From the NCBI GenBank assembly GCA_964035545.1, contig OZ037766.1, forward strand, positions 15,242,722-15,306,721: a stretch of 64,000 bases of DNA, written 5' to 3'. This DNA comes from Bugula neritina. Its lineage: Eukaryota; Animalia; Bryozoa. The translations under genes were made by a program, and so were the position numbers. Below the pieces are notes generated by a model that was given only the letters and a program-made list of their open reading frames with translations, had not been told where the DNA came from and ran no database searches. Below are positions 24,601 through 39,600 of this stretch, in pieces. Within the stretch, counting starts at the first letter, position 1, and every line of letters begins with the position of its first letter.

Positions 24601-27600
24601 CTCCCATCAAAAAGCATACATAAATATGTATCTGTATAATTTACAACACTTACCGATCATTGGGGTCTAAAAGGGTGTTATTCGCTTGAGCAGCATAGCC
24701 CTGACCCCGTCCACCAATATTGGCACCACATTCTGGGCAAATTGTAGAGAAAACAGGCCTACCACACTAAAAATAGTTGCCGAATGTAAAAAACTAAGCC
24801 TAAAATCCTAGCTAAAATGCCAAAAAACCTTAAAAAAGTTATAGCAGTTCAACAAAATAAAACATATATTGCTATAGGTGTACTTACATTGCCAATGTAA
24901 TATGGATGACCATTTGGACATTCTACAACATAAAATTTATTATTAGCTACTATTTTCTTACAGTAGTAATTATATTAATCTAAATAAAAGAGATACAAGT
25001 AGTAAAAGTAATTGAACTTTATTACAAAAGCTGCATAAAAACTTTATTTAGATTACAATAGTAAGTGGGTAATAAATGTCAAGAATATTGGAGCACAAAA
25101 TATACTAAATGTCATAATTGTCTATATATGAGAAGTATGAAAAGGTATGGCAAATGAAAATACTAAGAATGACATATTATGCTTTAAAACTGTCATTTTT
25201 TAAACTTACGTTTTTATTTGAAAGCAATAGTAAAGTCAGCACAAACAATATTGGCTTGAAGTTGCATTAAAATACTGCACTGGACATTGCTTTACTAATG
25301 GTAATACGGTAACTCTAGGAATTAAATAGTAATTAAAACTATGTTTTACCTACACTTGAAATATTTCATAGTCGTTCCAGCTCGAAGTAATTAACAAATA
25401 AATATTATTTTTAACTTTGTGAATATTTTTACTCAGAGTGAAGCACATGACATGATCCTATTGCTATTAGTCATTATAATATATCATTGCATACTTACTG
25501 TATGCAGTAGGATTCTCGTTGTTAGTTTGTAGAGCTGCTCGGATCACTTCCCGCATAGCCTCAATTTGATTATCAACCATTGTTGGCAGGAAATGTTCCT
25601 AAATATTTGAGCACAGCAGCATGAGTGAATAAATAAATATAATGATATATGATATGATAACCAAAGCAACAATAAAAACAATGGCATTAAGTCGAATAAA
25701 ATGGTAGATCCTAGTTAGACCACAATCAAGATATTGTGATTTAGCAACTACATTGATACAGGGTGAAAAACCCAAGAGACAAGAAAATTAATTAGTGGCC
25801 TATAAGTGACTAATGAAATATGTGTAGTACTAATAGACATACCGCAGCCTGAAGTGGTTGGCTGATGATCTCAGAGAGAGGATACAGGTCAGCCATGACA
25901 CCTCCACTACACAGACAACTGTACAAGTTTAGAACTAACATAGACAAGTTAATTCCTTTAGACTGTTTCACGTCCATCTCTCTGGGTTGTCGATTGTCTT
26001 GCAGTAACATCTCCAGTAAAGTCTGCAAAATAGTCTGAATCAGTGACAAAAAGTCAACATAATTAACTTAATGGCTGCAAAGATAAATAAGACTGGGTGT
26101 TAGTTAGTAAAGCAATTTAAAAAAAAGAAAATTACAAGAGCATTAAAGTTATCAGAATTAGAGAGTTCATGAATGACACAAAAAATGAGCTTGACTGCTC
26201 AATAATATTGAACTTATTCAAATAAATTTTCAATCTAGCAAGCTAATAAAAAAATAATGTCAGTAAAACCGGCCTCTTTAACTACCAAGACTTTAAAATT
26301 TGAATCATGAAATAGATGTCAATGCAACACAATATAATATAGCAGCATTCAGTAAAATTTCAGTTACTTACTCTGTGTTGATTATCAAGAGTTGGAGTGA
26401 GGTGTTGAAGCAGTAATGTCGGAATATGCTGAGGAACTGGAACTCTCTGAGCAAAGGTACGAGTTATTCTGTTGAACAACACTTGTAACATCAACTGTGA
26501 TTGGTTGGCACAGGTCTATAAATACAACAGTAACCACACAGTTCATTTACGGAGCAGTTGATAATTAGTTATTAGCCCAAATATTATCTCATATCCATAA
26601 ACAATGTTATAACCACCCAAGGACCCACCTGGACAAAAGCAGTGATTGCAGCAGTTAACTGCTGTTCGTTGTTAGACTGAGCAATGATTTCATCTACAGA
26701 AGTTTTTATCTGGTTGTATCTCTCTTGATCTCCCAACACAGACAGAACATCTGGTACAGTGAAAGATTCCAAATCTCTTTTCAGATCATTATGTACCAGG
26801 AAACGACGTGGAGTATTGAGAAGGTCTTTGATGTATGCTTCACCATGAGTTGCTAACAACTGCCTAGCTATGAGGTACCTGAGTAACATTATACATTGTA
26901 GTGAGTTGCATAAAGAGCTAACGGTGTATAGAATAACCATTTGAAATGCAAAAAAAAAACAAATAATCTTATGAACCAGAGTATGATCCAGTAGACAAAT
27001 AATACCACAAACTGATGTAACAAACTGTCTAATCAACAAATATCCAGCACAGAAATAAACTTCTTCACCCACCAAGGCTGCTTGTTCCCCTCTCTGTTCA
27101 TTTTCTCCAGTAGCTTCTGTAATGATGACTCTAGTCCTCGTAGGCTACGAGCTGGCAGGTCCAAGTCAGAGGTGAGAAGGTCGACAGCCATGTTGATTAC
27201 CATGTGTAGTTTAGCTATGTTCTTCAGCATCTGCACTGATACTACGGCTGTATCATCCATGTGGCTGGTGAGCATCTTCAGTTGAATAGACAACTCTGCA
27301 GGATCCCTCATGACCTGTGGAGTTGTTAGATCCTAAAAGAAATTATCAACAGGTGCATTTCTGAACAGTTTATTGAATTCAACAAAATATGAAAATTAGG
27401 TACTCATCGAGTTATTTTCGTTGATGAAAACATGTGGTAAGCAAGTTTTAGAATAAGATCTCACCTTCCAGCAGTCTATAAACAGAACCATGGTTTGTAG
27501 CTGATGGTCTCCAGAATGTGGTGTAGACTGGAGAACATGATTCAGATAGCGCTCTACCAACTCCGTCTGAGAACATCGCAGCAACAGTTTGAGTAGAAAT

Positions 27601-30600
27601 GATCTGAGAACAGGGGTTGGATCCACCACTTCTTGACTGTTGAATAAACTGAACTGTTTGGTTGTCTCTCCACCCTTGGCAGCCACACAGTCCAGCAGCC
27701 ATCTTATGATCTCATCATCAGGATCTCTTTCCTCTTCATTGAACACCATGTCAGACACAAAAGCGACAAAAAAGTTGTTGATTCTCCTTCTTAAACCTTT
27801 GAAAGAAGCCAATCTTTCTTCTCTGTAGAAATGAACAGGTTTAATGATCAAGAGAGCATTATTTATAGCTTCTCACAAACTGCAATACACACACCACACT
27901 ACTTACTCTATATCATCTGCAGATGGCCTGTATTGAAAATCTGAAGGAATCTCGTCACCACAAATAGTGCAGAGTCTTCGGCCAATCACACAACTGTCAC
28001 ATATGATGTCATTGCATGGCAGTTGAACAGGTGAGTCCAGTGTTTGTTGACATATGGGACAGTCTTTTGGGCAGTCTCTAAAGTTAGCAAAATTTCATTA
28101 TATTTTGAATATAAACTTCAAAAGCAATGACATTGGAAGAGCAGATAAACTATATAACAAGATTTAACATGCATAAATAAATATATAATTTTACAGCTAC
28201 CCTGCAGGCCTACAGCCCTCTAGGTAAGGAATCAGTATACAACTTTATAATCCAAAATACCAAAATACTTACAAACCTCTTTCACATAAAATGCAAAATA
28301 TACAAGTCAAGATTTTTTTAATGTATAATTTTAGCCCCATTCCTTTTATTTCAGAATAAAACTTACTTGTAGAGACCTCGAATCCCTAGAGCTACAGTTT
28401 CTTTGAGCGATTCCACTACTCGATTAAAAGCTTGAAACTCACAAAACTCCACGCTGGTGATACTCTGTTAACAATAAAGTAATGTTATCAACCAATCAGC
28501 TGCTGCATATACAGTACCATGTATTTTAATTAAACTGTTGATTCTGAAAGATTATAATAAATTGCTATTAGTTTAGGCAGTATTCATTCTAGATATGCTT
28601 GCTGCTCACGCTAACACACTACTTATTATATATGTACTTATTACAAAATGCCTTTAACCTGCTTATATCAACTTGAAAAAGTTTCTGCTAAAAAGTTAAA
28701 ACAAATTATTCAAATTTAGCACTAAATCAAGCTAGCCAACTTGCTTACTTACTTGCAATGCAACATTCATGAAGGTTAAAAATACAATTCACTATATCAA
28801 TGTTGCATACTATAATTTAGATACTTGAGCTCAGGTTTTGCAACCATAACGAAGAAAATCACATCAAAATTAAATAAAATTACATTAAAAGAAGCTTAAA
28901 AATGCACACGAACAATAAAATAGTACATTTGAAATACAACATTAATAAAAAGTTTTAGCAACTCTTACTTTAACGAAGAAGGTGAGGTTGTAAGGCTTTC
29001 TGCGGCCATCTTTGCTTGCCACTTTTGGACTTGGTACGATGACATGTTCAACATATAACTTTTTGATCTTCAACCTCAACCATGTCTCTCTACAAGCCAT
29101 ACACGAACTGAGATGCATATTTTTGAATACAATTGCTAGTCTGCTATAACTATACTAAGAAACTCGAACTGAATAACATCACTTATTAAATTTGATCTTG
29201 TATAAGAGGAAAACTCTTAATGCTAATAAACTCAAGTATTCGAAGTAAGAGGAAGAGGAGATGTGCTTAACCCTCTAGGCCCCACCTTCTAAAGGAGGGG
29301 ACATATGAACTGAAAGCCATCTTTCTGTATCACCGTACAAGTTTTGTTTGAGACTCACCAAAATTTTACTCAATACGTTTTTGATATACCAACATTTTAG
29401 GATTTGAATATTTCTTACAACAAGTAACGTTTTAAACCCAGATGTTGAAAAGTTTTTGTACAACTGGTTAAAGTAGTCCAACAAAAAAGTACGTTAATTG
29501 ATTATTCATAATAGCACATGCTTGAAACTCCTCATTTATAATATCTGTAATATTTCGCTTACCTGTTCAGCTCTGCATAATCTGCCACTTGCTTCAACAC
29601 CTGCTCACACCTGTCTACTTTATTCACCCAACTCTCAGGTGCTGACAAAAGCGGTTTCAATTTTGCTTCTATAAAATCTTTCACCAGCCATTCCAGGGCT
29701 AGCAGATCGCATGACTGTGTAAGTAGAGAATGTAAAGTGGTGAAATGGTGCCAGCTTGTGTGTAAAATCTTTTAGCGAATTGATGCAAGATAATGTTTAA
29801 ATGTAGTCTCAGTTATCAATTATAACAAGTAATTAACAAGTTAAATTCAGTTTTACATACATCATAGTATTAGAAAACAAGAATACAATTATTGCTATGT
29901 CATCTTTGAGTTGAATTTGAAATGATTAAAGATTATGATTTAAGATCTGCATATCCTAAACGAAAATTTATACATTATGAATCACAAATATTTTCAGGGG
30001 TTCTTCTTTGCTAAAAATTATCCATTAAATAGCTAATGTTAAAAGTGGGTTTAACTGAGTCATCAGCCAACAAAATCAATGTTTACCTTTGCAGCTTCTG
30101 GTGTTTCTTCCATCTGACCTTTGACGTAACCAGTGAGTTTAGCTGAGTCATCAGCCAATGATACGAGGTCAGTCAGCCTCTCAAACACTGGCCTTAGCTC
30201 TTCATATGCTAAGTTGATGTGCACAAAAGTAGCTTTTTCCACTGATATATTTGATTTTATCCACAGCATAATAGAGTTTCCCACAATCTAAAGCATGATA
30301 AACTTAATATAGCTCATTGGTAACACAAACAGCCATAAATGCATGAGCACAGAAAGTAACAGTTGCTGAGGTAGCAAATACATAATTATGCTAAATGATT
30401 TTCGATAGCTATAAAACCTTCAGTAAACACAGTTTTAGCAATTACTTGGTTGTAGGCATTGTAAAAGTAGCCTCAATATGTACAAATAGTAGGAATAAGC
30501 AAAATTTTGAAGATTAATATATAATTAATTATATTAATATAATATACATTTATATATTAATATGAATTTCAAATATACTTATGAAATTTGCAAGAAATTG

Positions 30601-33600
30601 TTTTATTAAAAACATATCAAAGCTTTCAATAATTGTTCTCGTAAATCATTTCAACTTCACTATTGTAAAGTCATTGAGGAGTTTTATAACAGTGTTTGTT
30701 TTCATCAGTAAAGGGAATGGTGCACTATACTAGGTTTACAGTGTATTCATTGAAGAAATAGGTAAATTAATACATTATTTAAAGAAAAATCTGCTCATGA
30801 AGTGTTGCTAAAATTACATAAGTTCTCAGAGTTATCTTACCAAGTGCTCATCTCTATCAGTACAAGGGTGTGTCATGTACACAAAATCTTTAATGTAAGC
30901 ATCAAGAAGCACTGAAAGGTTACATCTGGCACCACTCAATATTCTGCCAATATCTGTCATCTTGAACTCATTCAACACGTTTTCGATTGGTGAGCCTATC
31001 AAAATACCAAGCATTAGTAAGTGCAGCCCTTAACAGCATTCATACAGCATTCATTAATGAGTTGTCAAAATACTACACATGCATGTGTTTCCTAATTCTA
31101 TTCACCTAAAACACAATTTACAATGAGTTGGGTTACCATAAACATTTACAAAAGCTGTCTAGTTTTACAAAAACTACTTTAAAATAGATATAACATCCAT
31201 GATTTACTAGAATTCAGATTAGGAACTACTTCCACGATAGAGTAACGAGAACATAAAATAGTCAGATATTTGATTCCATCCATATTGCTAGTGTATTATT
31301 AGCAGCCTTTTTGTACCATGGATGATCAATAACAATTTAGAAACTACAAATAACCCCCTTATAACAACAACACTACAAAACTACGAATAACATAAAACCA
31401 AACGAATCCATTAGGACATACCAAAATCAGAGTTTTGATGATCAACAAGCTGTATCTTATCAATAGTTTCTTTAACAATCCAAGAGAAAGGAAGGTTCAG
31501 TGAAAAGCCCTGAGTACCATGGCCAGCTACGTGGATTGCGTATGACTTTGGCAGTTTCTACAGAAAAACCATTGTCAAGCTAATTTAACAATATAAAACT
31601 ATATTATGTGTATGTTGAATTATACTCTGAGAAAGCAAACAAATCTAATTTTTGTGACAAGTAAAATCAACGTAGGATCACTGCAAAACACCTGAGAGCT
31701 GACAGTTTTGTACCAAAAGTAAAACTCTTACAGAGCGACTTCCAGGAGTCTCAAAATTGTCTATTCTACTGATTATATAATCAAAGTTTAGTCCCAGTTT
31801 GTGAGCTTGTTCAAATATCTGTAGCCAGAGAGAACGGAAATCAGCGGATTGACTCAGAATTAGCAGGTTTTGTCTGACATCAATGAATGAGATGACGGCA
31901 GCCAGTGCAGGTACAAAGGCTCTTTCCAGAGCATCTTCTAGAGAGTGTCTAAAATTAGGCAGCATATTATAAAATGCAATCTTTCTGAAGATACAATGAA
32001 GGTGTGTCTAAAATAAAAATTGCAACACCAGGATGAAATTCTATATAGACAGAAAAGTACTGTCAAGTGACTAAGGAGTGAGTAATGTAAATAAAGTGAC
32101 CAAGGAGTGAGTAATAACGTCAAGTGGCTAAGGAGAGAGTAACGAATATCAAGTAACTAAGGAGGGAGTAATGAATATCAAGTGACTAAGGAGAGAGTAA
32201 TGAATATCAAGTGACTAAGAAATGAGTAATGAATATCAAGTGACTAAAGAGTGAGTAATGAATATTAAGTGACTAAGGAGGGAGTAAAGAATGTCAAGTG
32301 ACTAAGGAGTGAGTAATGAATAGCAAGTGACTAAGGAGTGAGTAATAACGTCAAGTGGCTAAGGAGAGAGTAATGAATATCAAGTAACTAAGGAGGGAGT
32401 AATGAATATCAAGTGACTAAGGAGAGAGTAATGAATATCAAGTGACTAAGAAGTGAGTAATGAATATCAAGTGACTAAAGAGTGAGTAATGAATATTAAG
32501 TGACTAAGGAGGGAGTAAAGAATGTCAAGTGACTAAGGAGTGAGTAATGAATATTAAGTGACTAAGGAGGGGGTAAAGAATGTCAAGTGACTAAGGAGTG
32601 AGTAATGTCACTAGTTACATGAGGTGTACCTGAGAGTTTCAGACTCCTTCATGTTGCTGGCTTTAGCAGCATCATCCTTAACCCACTTCAAAGAGGTGAA
32701 ATTCAATTCGTCTTGATGTTTTAGCAAACTTTGAACATGTCCAAGAAAGAGTCTTCTAAACTCGTCTATATTTACATAAACGATCGTACAGCCAAGTAGA
32801 AATATAATGCTGAAACATCATATTGATTATTAATTACACGAAATTTTGAGAATAGCATAAAATATATACTGAAATCTGCAGGCATGTGTTTGTAGTTTTA
32901 CATAATAAGCTGAGGCATTATCTCTACGGCTAGTTGCCAGCAGATAGATGATGTGCAGGTTGAGTCATTCTTGTAAAAACAAATTTTATGCTACTAATAG
33001 CAGTGAAAAAAGTTAATTCAATTTTTATTGTAGATTTTGATTTGGAAGGCGAGGTTGAAATTCTTGTGAGAACATAACTTAGTTTGCTACATTTTTTATA
33101 AACTAGAAAATAGGCTTTTTTTCCGATTTTTCCATTACTGCACCTACATAAATGCTGCATGCTTATCATTAATAACGGTCTAGTCATATGAAGCATATTA
33201 TACCACTCAAAAACTTTTTGTAAAAATTGGAAAATAAAATTAGTTTACACATGCAAAGTTTATGCAGCAAATATGTTGAAAAAACTCTTGCAGTAGCCAT
33301 GTAATTGACTTGGCACAATTTAGCGAACCCAGTTTCAAATTTTATTTTCCATATCCTATCAACTACAAATTGTTAAGAATATCAAGAGTGACATTCCAGA
33401 ATGAAATATTTTATACGATGGACAGTAAAGACGTCTGCAAATACAGTTAATTACTCCAGTGAACGCTCTGAATGGCAATGTATTGTGTGAGGCAAGGTAG
33501 CTCCTGCAGTAGAGTTTTACCACATGCAGTTTATCAAACAAACCGTTGCTTCATGTGTTAACACCTTAATAGTAAAATGTGTACTGAACCCTCTTCTCTC

Positions 33601-36600
33601 TGGGGTGTTGATATCTACCTAAATTCTCATAAAGCTACAAATCAGCTAAAACTTGCAAAGCAAAGCATTTACGTTGTGAATACCACTTCACACTAGAACT
33701 AAAACTATTCTCTAAAAATACAGATAGAATCTTAATATCATTTTACCATGGTTACGGAGAGTTTCTTTTAAATTCCTGAGTCGGTCATAGTGTTGATCAG
33801 CTTTGATGACAGACACTGCAGTAGGCAGACATCTTGTGATAATAAAGTTCAAAAGATCAGGTGCCACACTGTCACGTCTACCGACAGTTTGTGGAGCAGC
33901 AGGTTGGTATGTAGGAATGCCATCCATATTTTCTTCCTAAAACCACATAAAAATTAGAGATAATGCAGACACTTCAACTCAAAGTATAAACAGTAACAGG
34001 AAAAAAAAACAAAAACTGGGGGCCAAAGCCACTAACCCCAAACTAGTAAACTGTTGGACAAAATTGGCTATACCATCATTATTTCAAACCACAGCACCTA
34101 CTGTGTTCACATTATGTATTTTAGCAAATCAGAGCTTAAGTGACCAAATTATTTTGTATCTTAATTTCATTCTATGATGTAAGTTAAACAATTAGCCAAT
34201 CGAAGCTTGGTGTTTGTTCTATATCTGTTCAAAGTATTATGCGATTTCAGGTAAACATTTTAAATTCATTTATTTATATACAACTACAAATATTTTATTC
34301 ATTTCCGAACTAATAATAAAATTGATCAAAATCCAAATATAAAAGTTCAATATTGCAAATTTTTTTAGTTTTTATTACCATTATCATTGATATTTAGCAT
34401 TATAAACGAGAATTTTTTTATCAATTTATTGTTATTAACCTGTCCTAAACAATATAGTGTATTAATGGTTGGTCATTTATAATAATTTTTGATTACATCA
34501 GTTGCAACATTTAAAAAGTGCAAATTTAAAACCACAATTTTCACCCCACAGCTTTGTGCTGGTCACTGGCTAGATAGAAATCTTGCATTTTTCTAATAAA
34601 TTCTATATATTTTAAGTACCACAAGCTAAAAATTACCAGCTAGAAAAAATGAATTTAAGTATTCTCATGCCAAGTAAACACAAGTTTCATCGATACAGTT
34701 GATTGGCGACACATACCACTGACATGTTGTCATCCATACCATCAGCCTCTTCAGTTAGAAAAGCTAATATCTGACTGGGACTGAGATGAAGACATTCTTG
34801 CAGAGATGGCAAACTAACTTCAGGAGATTTCGGGTCATCAATATGAACAGTTCTCCATCTTCCACCTGTCAGCAAACAAAATAATAATACAATAGAATCA
34901 GCATAAGATTATGCACTAAAGTATAAAGTTCTAAAACTATGAAGAACTTAGTAGATAATATTTCCAAAATTGAGGGAATTTAAAAAAAATTCTATTATAT
35001 AAAAAAGGCTGTTACACGTTAGACATGACAATAATTAATATAAAACTGAGTAAGTATTTGAAGTGTGCCCATGTTACTAGTTGGAAGCAGTAGTACCTAA
35101 ATAAAAAGTTTTAAAAATGGAAAATTACTGTTGAAAGCAAATATTAGGCATCAACACCAGCCAATAGTAAAATAACTGTTGAGCTACAACACCTTGTGAG
35201 CCGGTGAAGGTGTGACCTCTGGGAATGTTCAAGAGAAGAATAGTGTGAGTGGGAGTGTGTTCTCTTTCCTGGGCAGCCTCACTTTCACGCTGAATTATAA
35301 ACCTGACTGAATCCAGGAGCTCTGTGTTCTCATTGGCCAATTCACATTGGATGAGTAACAGCTTACACTTGTATGAAGCCTCATACACTAATCTGTAGCA
35401 GAGACACAAGATGTGGTCATGGTTCATAACTAGAAATTGAACTGCAAATTCATCCAAGAGCATTGACACGAGTAATGATTTAAGTTTACTTATCTTACTT
35501 AAAAACTTCACTTTTCTGCTCAACTGACTAAACAAACTTCAAAATTTTGTCTAATTGCAGTTAGAATTGTTTAAATAGATTAAAAATAAGCATCATAAAT
35601 TATTTTGAGATACATTTTGATAACTAAAATTTGACAAAATATTATGTCTTTAATATGATTAAACATAGGAACTGTGTTAAATCCATCACTTTAAAAATAC
35701 AATTTTCAGTTTTACCTCTATACAAACCTACTTAATATTTAAAACCAAACTATTAAGTCTCTATTCGCAAAAAGTAGATTAATCAATATCAACTAAGGTA
35801 ATGCCAGTGCTAGCAGTTAATAACTGATGATGCAATGAAGTCAAAATGAGTTTTAATATTAATAATCTTTAATCGACTTGATAAAAAAGCGGTTCCCACC
35901 TTCTAATTAAGTGTGCTACTTTTAAAGCCTGATGAGACTTTAATTAGGATTTCTCACTCTGAATGTAAACTTGGCTAAATTCAGCCAACTTATGGACCTA
36001 ATTTATCAGGGGTAAAATCCCATACATATTGGGATATATGACTGGCATATAAATTAACAAATTCAGTTTATATTATTGCTCACCTAATATAGTCTGTGAA
36101 CTGATCTTCTTTAGCGAAATCTTTTAAGAAATGTGACCACATTGCGACATCAGCGTGCACATATTTTAATCCACGAGCTAACAGCGCCACATCCTGTTGA
36201 CCAAGCAGCTCGGCGAAAGAGGTAACCTTTTAAAACCATAAACACAAAGACTTCAATTTTTAGTTAAACTTAAACAAAGACTGGTAGCATTTGAGAACAC
36301 AGGGAAACATCACACTTATATGAGAAAGATTTATACAAACACAACACAAATATCACAACATGTGTAGTGTTTGAACTTTTCAGCTGAAGCACATGGATGA
36401 GGTAAGATACCTGGATGTAGAGGTTGGTAGAAGAAGTCAGGTTTACTTCCTGACTGAGATATTGAATTAGACTTTCATGAGATTGCTGAGTCATATAAAC
36501 ATCCTGAATCTGACCAGCCTCAGCTTGTAGGCGTGTCCTGTCTAGGCGTAGCACCGCCTCTCCAGTAGCACACTGAAGCATGTAAAACTTTGCCCTTTCC

Positions 36601-39600
36601 AGCACCTGGAAAACAATTCGTAAATGAGAAATATGCTTAATTTCACTGCATATGGCAAGCAAGAAAACAACTTTCAAAACTACATACTTCTTTATGCCAT
36701 CCAGGAGTTGCCTGTTCAACATCAGCAGTTGCTTGTCTAACGGCAATAGCAGTTGTCTCGGTGCTGTACCCAATAAAAGTATTCTCAGTGGTGCAGTTCT
36801 CAAAGTACTGTCTGTAACAGACAACACACCACGTACAGATGTGGACAGAGAAATATTCTTAAGTTATTATAAATCAATGGTGCAACTCAGCTAGCCCTTG
36901 TTTCGAAACTATCAATAACGCATTTCATTAAATGCCAATTTGTGTACATAACTAAAAAAAATGAATATGTATTAATGTGGTTGTGGGCCTACAATATGTG
37001 TCAAGATCCTTATTTATTTTCAATATATAAAATGTAGTAAAACATTAGCATCTGATTGAGAAAATTATAAAACCTTTTCTCTAAAGCAGCTGTATCTATT
37101 GTCCACTCAAACTCAGCATCAAGCACCTCATCACAGTCATCAACAGGACATTGGTGAGTGTCAGCTCTGAATATTCTCTCCCGGCAGCAGGGGCCAATGT
37201 AGTGATCACATGGCAACTTGAAAGGTTGGTTCAGCTCAATATCACATCCTAGGCAATGCGACGGACAGACATTTCTAAAAATACAAACATAATGGCTAGT
37301 AATGTTCACTTAAAGCAATATATAAATATAAATCTAACATGTCAAATAAATATTTAAACAAAGACATGTAAGTGTATAGAGTGTAAGAATGATTCTATAA
37401 CATCACTACTCAATTCAGGTATTGCTGTAAAACATCGCACTCAACCTGATCACTAAACCATTTAAATGTAGATTATAAGATGACTACTTGTGAACAGATG
37501 AGGGTGTGACAAAATTCTGAGCCCATTTCTCCAGCTCTCTCTTCACTTGCTTCTGTTCATCTGTGAGAAGTGAAGTAGCAGAAACGTAGTGTTTCTCCAG
37601 ACGGTTAATGAGAGGAATTGGAAACTGGGAGTGTACTTTGTTCTTGTCGGCTATCACCACCAGTCTGTTGATAAACCACACTTTTTAAAAATAAGATTAT
37701 GATAAAATACTGCAAACTGATAGGCAACTTTCCAACTAATGCAGCATTAAAACAACAGCTAGCACTAACTTTAACATAACATAAATAATAGTCAACTGGT
37801 ACAAATAAGCTGATCATATTTCTTGTAAGTGAAACTAGCAGAATGGTATAACATCATAACGATAGGATATATAAGCATAGCTCCAGTACCCAGGATGCAT
37901 AGGCAACCAGAATTAGACATCAGAACTAAGCAATATATTATTCGGGGTATAAAAATAGTCGTCAGTGAAACATATACTTCACAGCTAACAGCAACAAAAA
38001 CAGCTCTCTCACCGGAACTTGTCATTGACGAAAGTCTTGACTCTGTGAGTGCCAAGCCCAAGATCTACAAACTTTCTGTCCCCCCAAGTAGAGAAGTACT
38101 GGTTGAGGGCGTCATATAGACTCTCGTACAGATCATCAAGATTGAGTAGGATCACAGGTTTACCCATGTCCATGCATGTCTTTATTCTGTAGATGTTGTG
38201 ACACACCTACCAATGTATTCCAGAGTCTGGTGAGTGGAAGCATGCGAAACTAATTGTAGGTACAACAATTTGATTCTCAAACTTCGATAAGAGATATAAA
38301 CTGACACTACTGAACACAACAGAACTATACCAGAACCGCTTCTGTGTAATAGAAAGTCATATATCTGGACTAAGTGTAGGATAGAACCAACCTGAGTGTA
38401 GGTTACATCATCTCTAAACTTGCTTCCAAACACGACCTCTGGCTGCTGGTTGTGAGTTGAGAACTCATCCATTATGATACTGAGGACACTGAGATTCTCT
38501 GTCAGAATCAGCAGATATCTGCTCTCCATCCTACAGTATTTATCATACAGTATTAGAAGTCTATTTATATTCTATCATATCTATATGTTAAAGTAATGAC
38601 AAACATCAATGGCTATGGTAATTTACCCAGGAGCTGCAGTATCTTGGCCAGAAAGACTGGACTGAATCAGGCCAATAGAGTCAATAGGAGGACGGCCATC
38701 TTCCTGATGAGGAAGTGTGTCTAATGCCCTGCAATGTTCCCTGAAGACATCCATTGGGTCGAATGAATCAGTGTCAAACCCTCCAAAGTTACGCCGTATG
38801 CTGTGCTCTAACTGATTTCTGTTAATGGTGCCATTGTTGCCAGACGCAAAACTTGTCACCATTTTCATCAAACTAAAAATTATAATAATAGAAGAACAAG
38901 TTAAAAAAATGAATAGAGTTTCCAAGAAAACAGTGTTGAAGAAATAAGGCGCAGTTGTTTCTAGTGGAGAAGCCCGTCATTCAACTACTAAGTAACATTT
39001 AAAACTGGAAATAGAATCTTACAAAAAACTGCCTGTTAAATCCTGAAGTACATAAGTTCTTTATTTTCAAAATTAATAAAATTGTAGGGTTCAGCAGTCA
39101 AACTTTATCACATTTAGAAATTTTTACGCGCAAAAATGATTTTTATTCATCAAATTACATCTACAAACCTATAGAAATCTCGCAGTCCATAAAATTCTGT
39201 TAGATTTCTTGCTTCTGGCTTTTGCACTTCACAAATCTCCAAGTAACCCTTAGCCAATGGCGCAATGTAGTTGGCAAAATTTTGGAAAGTCTTACCACCA
39301 ATTTCTCTGCAAAAAATTAACCAGGTTAGTGTGGCCAACATAGCTGAATCCGCGAATTTCGAAAATGACAATTGGAAAACACCTATTTAGAAAATGGACA
39401 ATTGGAAAATAAATATTTGGAAAATGACATTTGGAAAATGAAAAATATTCAACATGGCCTAGTCCAGATGGGGCATTTAGTATCTGGTCGAGTTCAAAAA
39501 GCTTTTTGTAAATGTGAACAATTGTAAATTAGAACTACTCGGTAACTAATTCTACTTCCATGATAGCCTAACTGATTTGGCAATTATATTTATTTTTAAA

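Noticed and set aside
29270-29520. piggyBac-like end (ttaaccct) and other possible DNA transposon relics (4262-4560, 32930-33570)
   Set aside because: No matching second terminus or TSD found.
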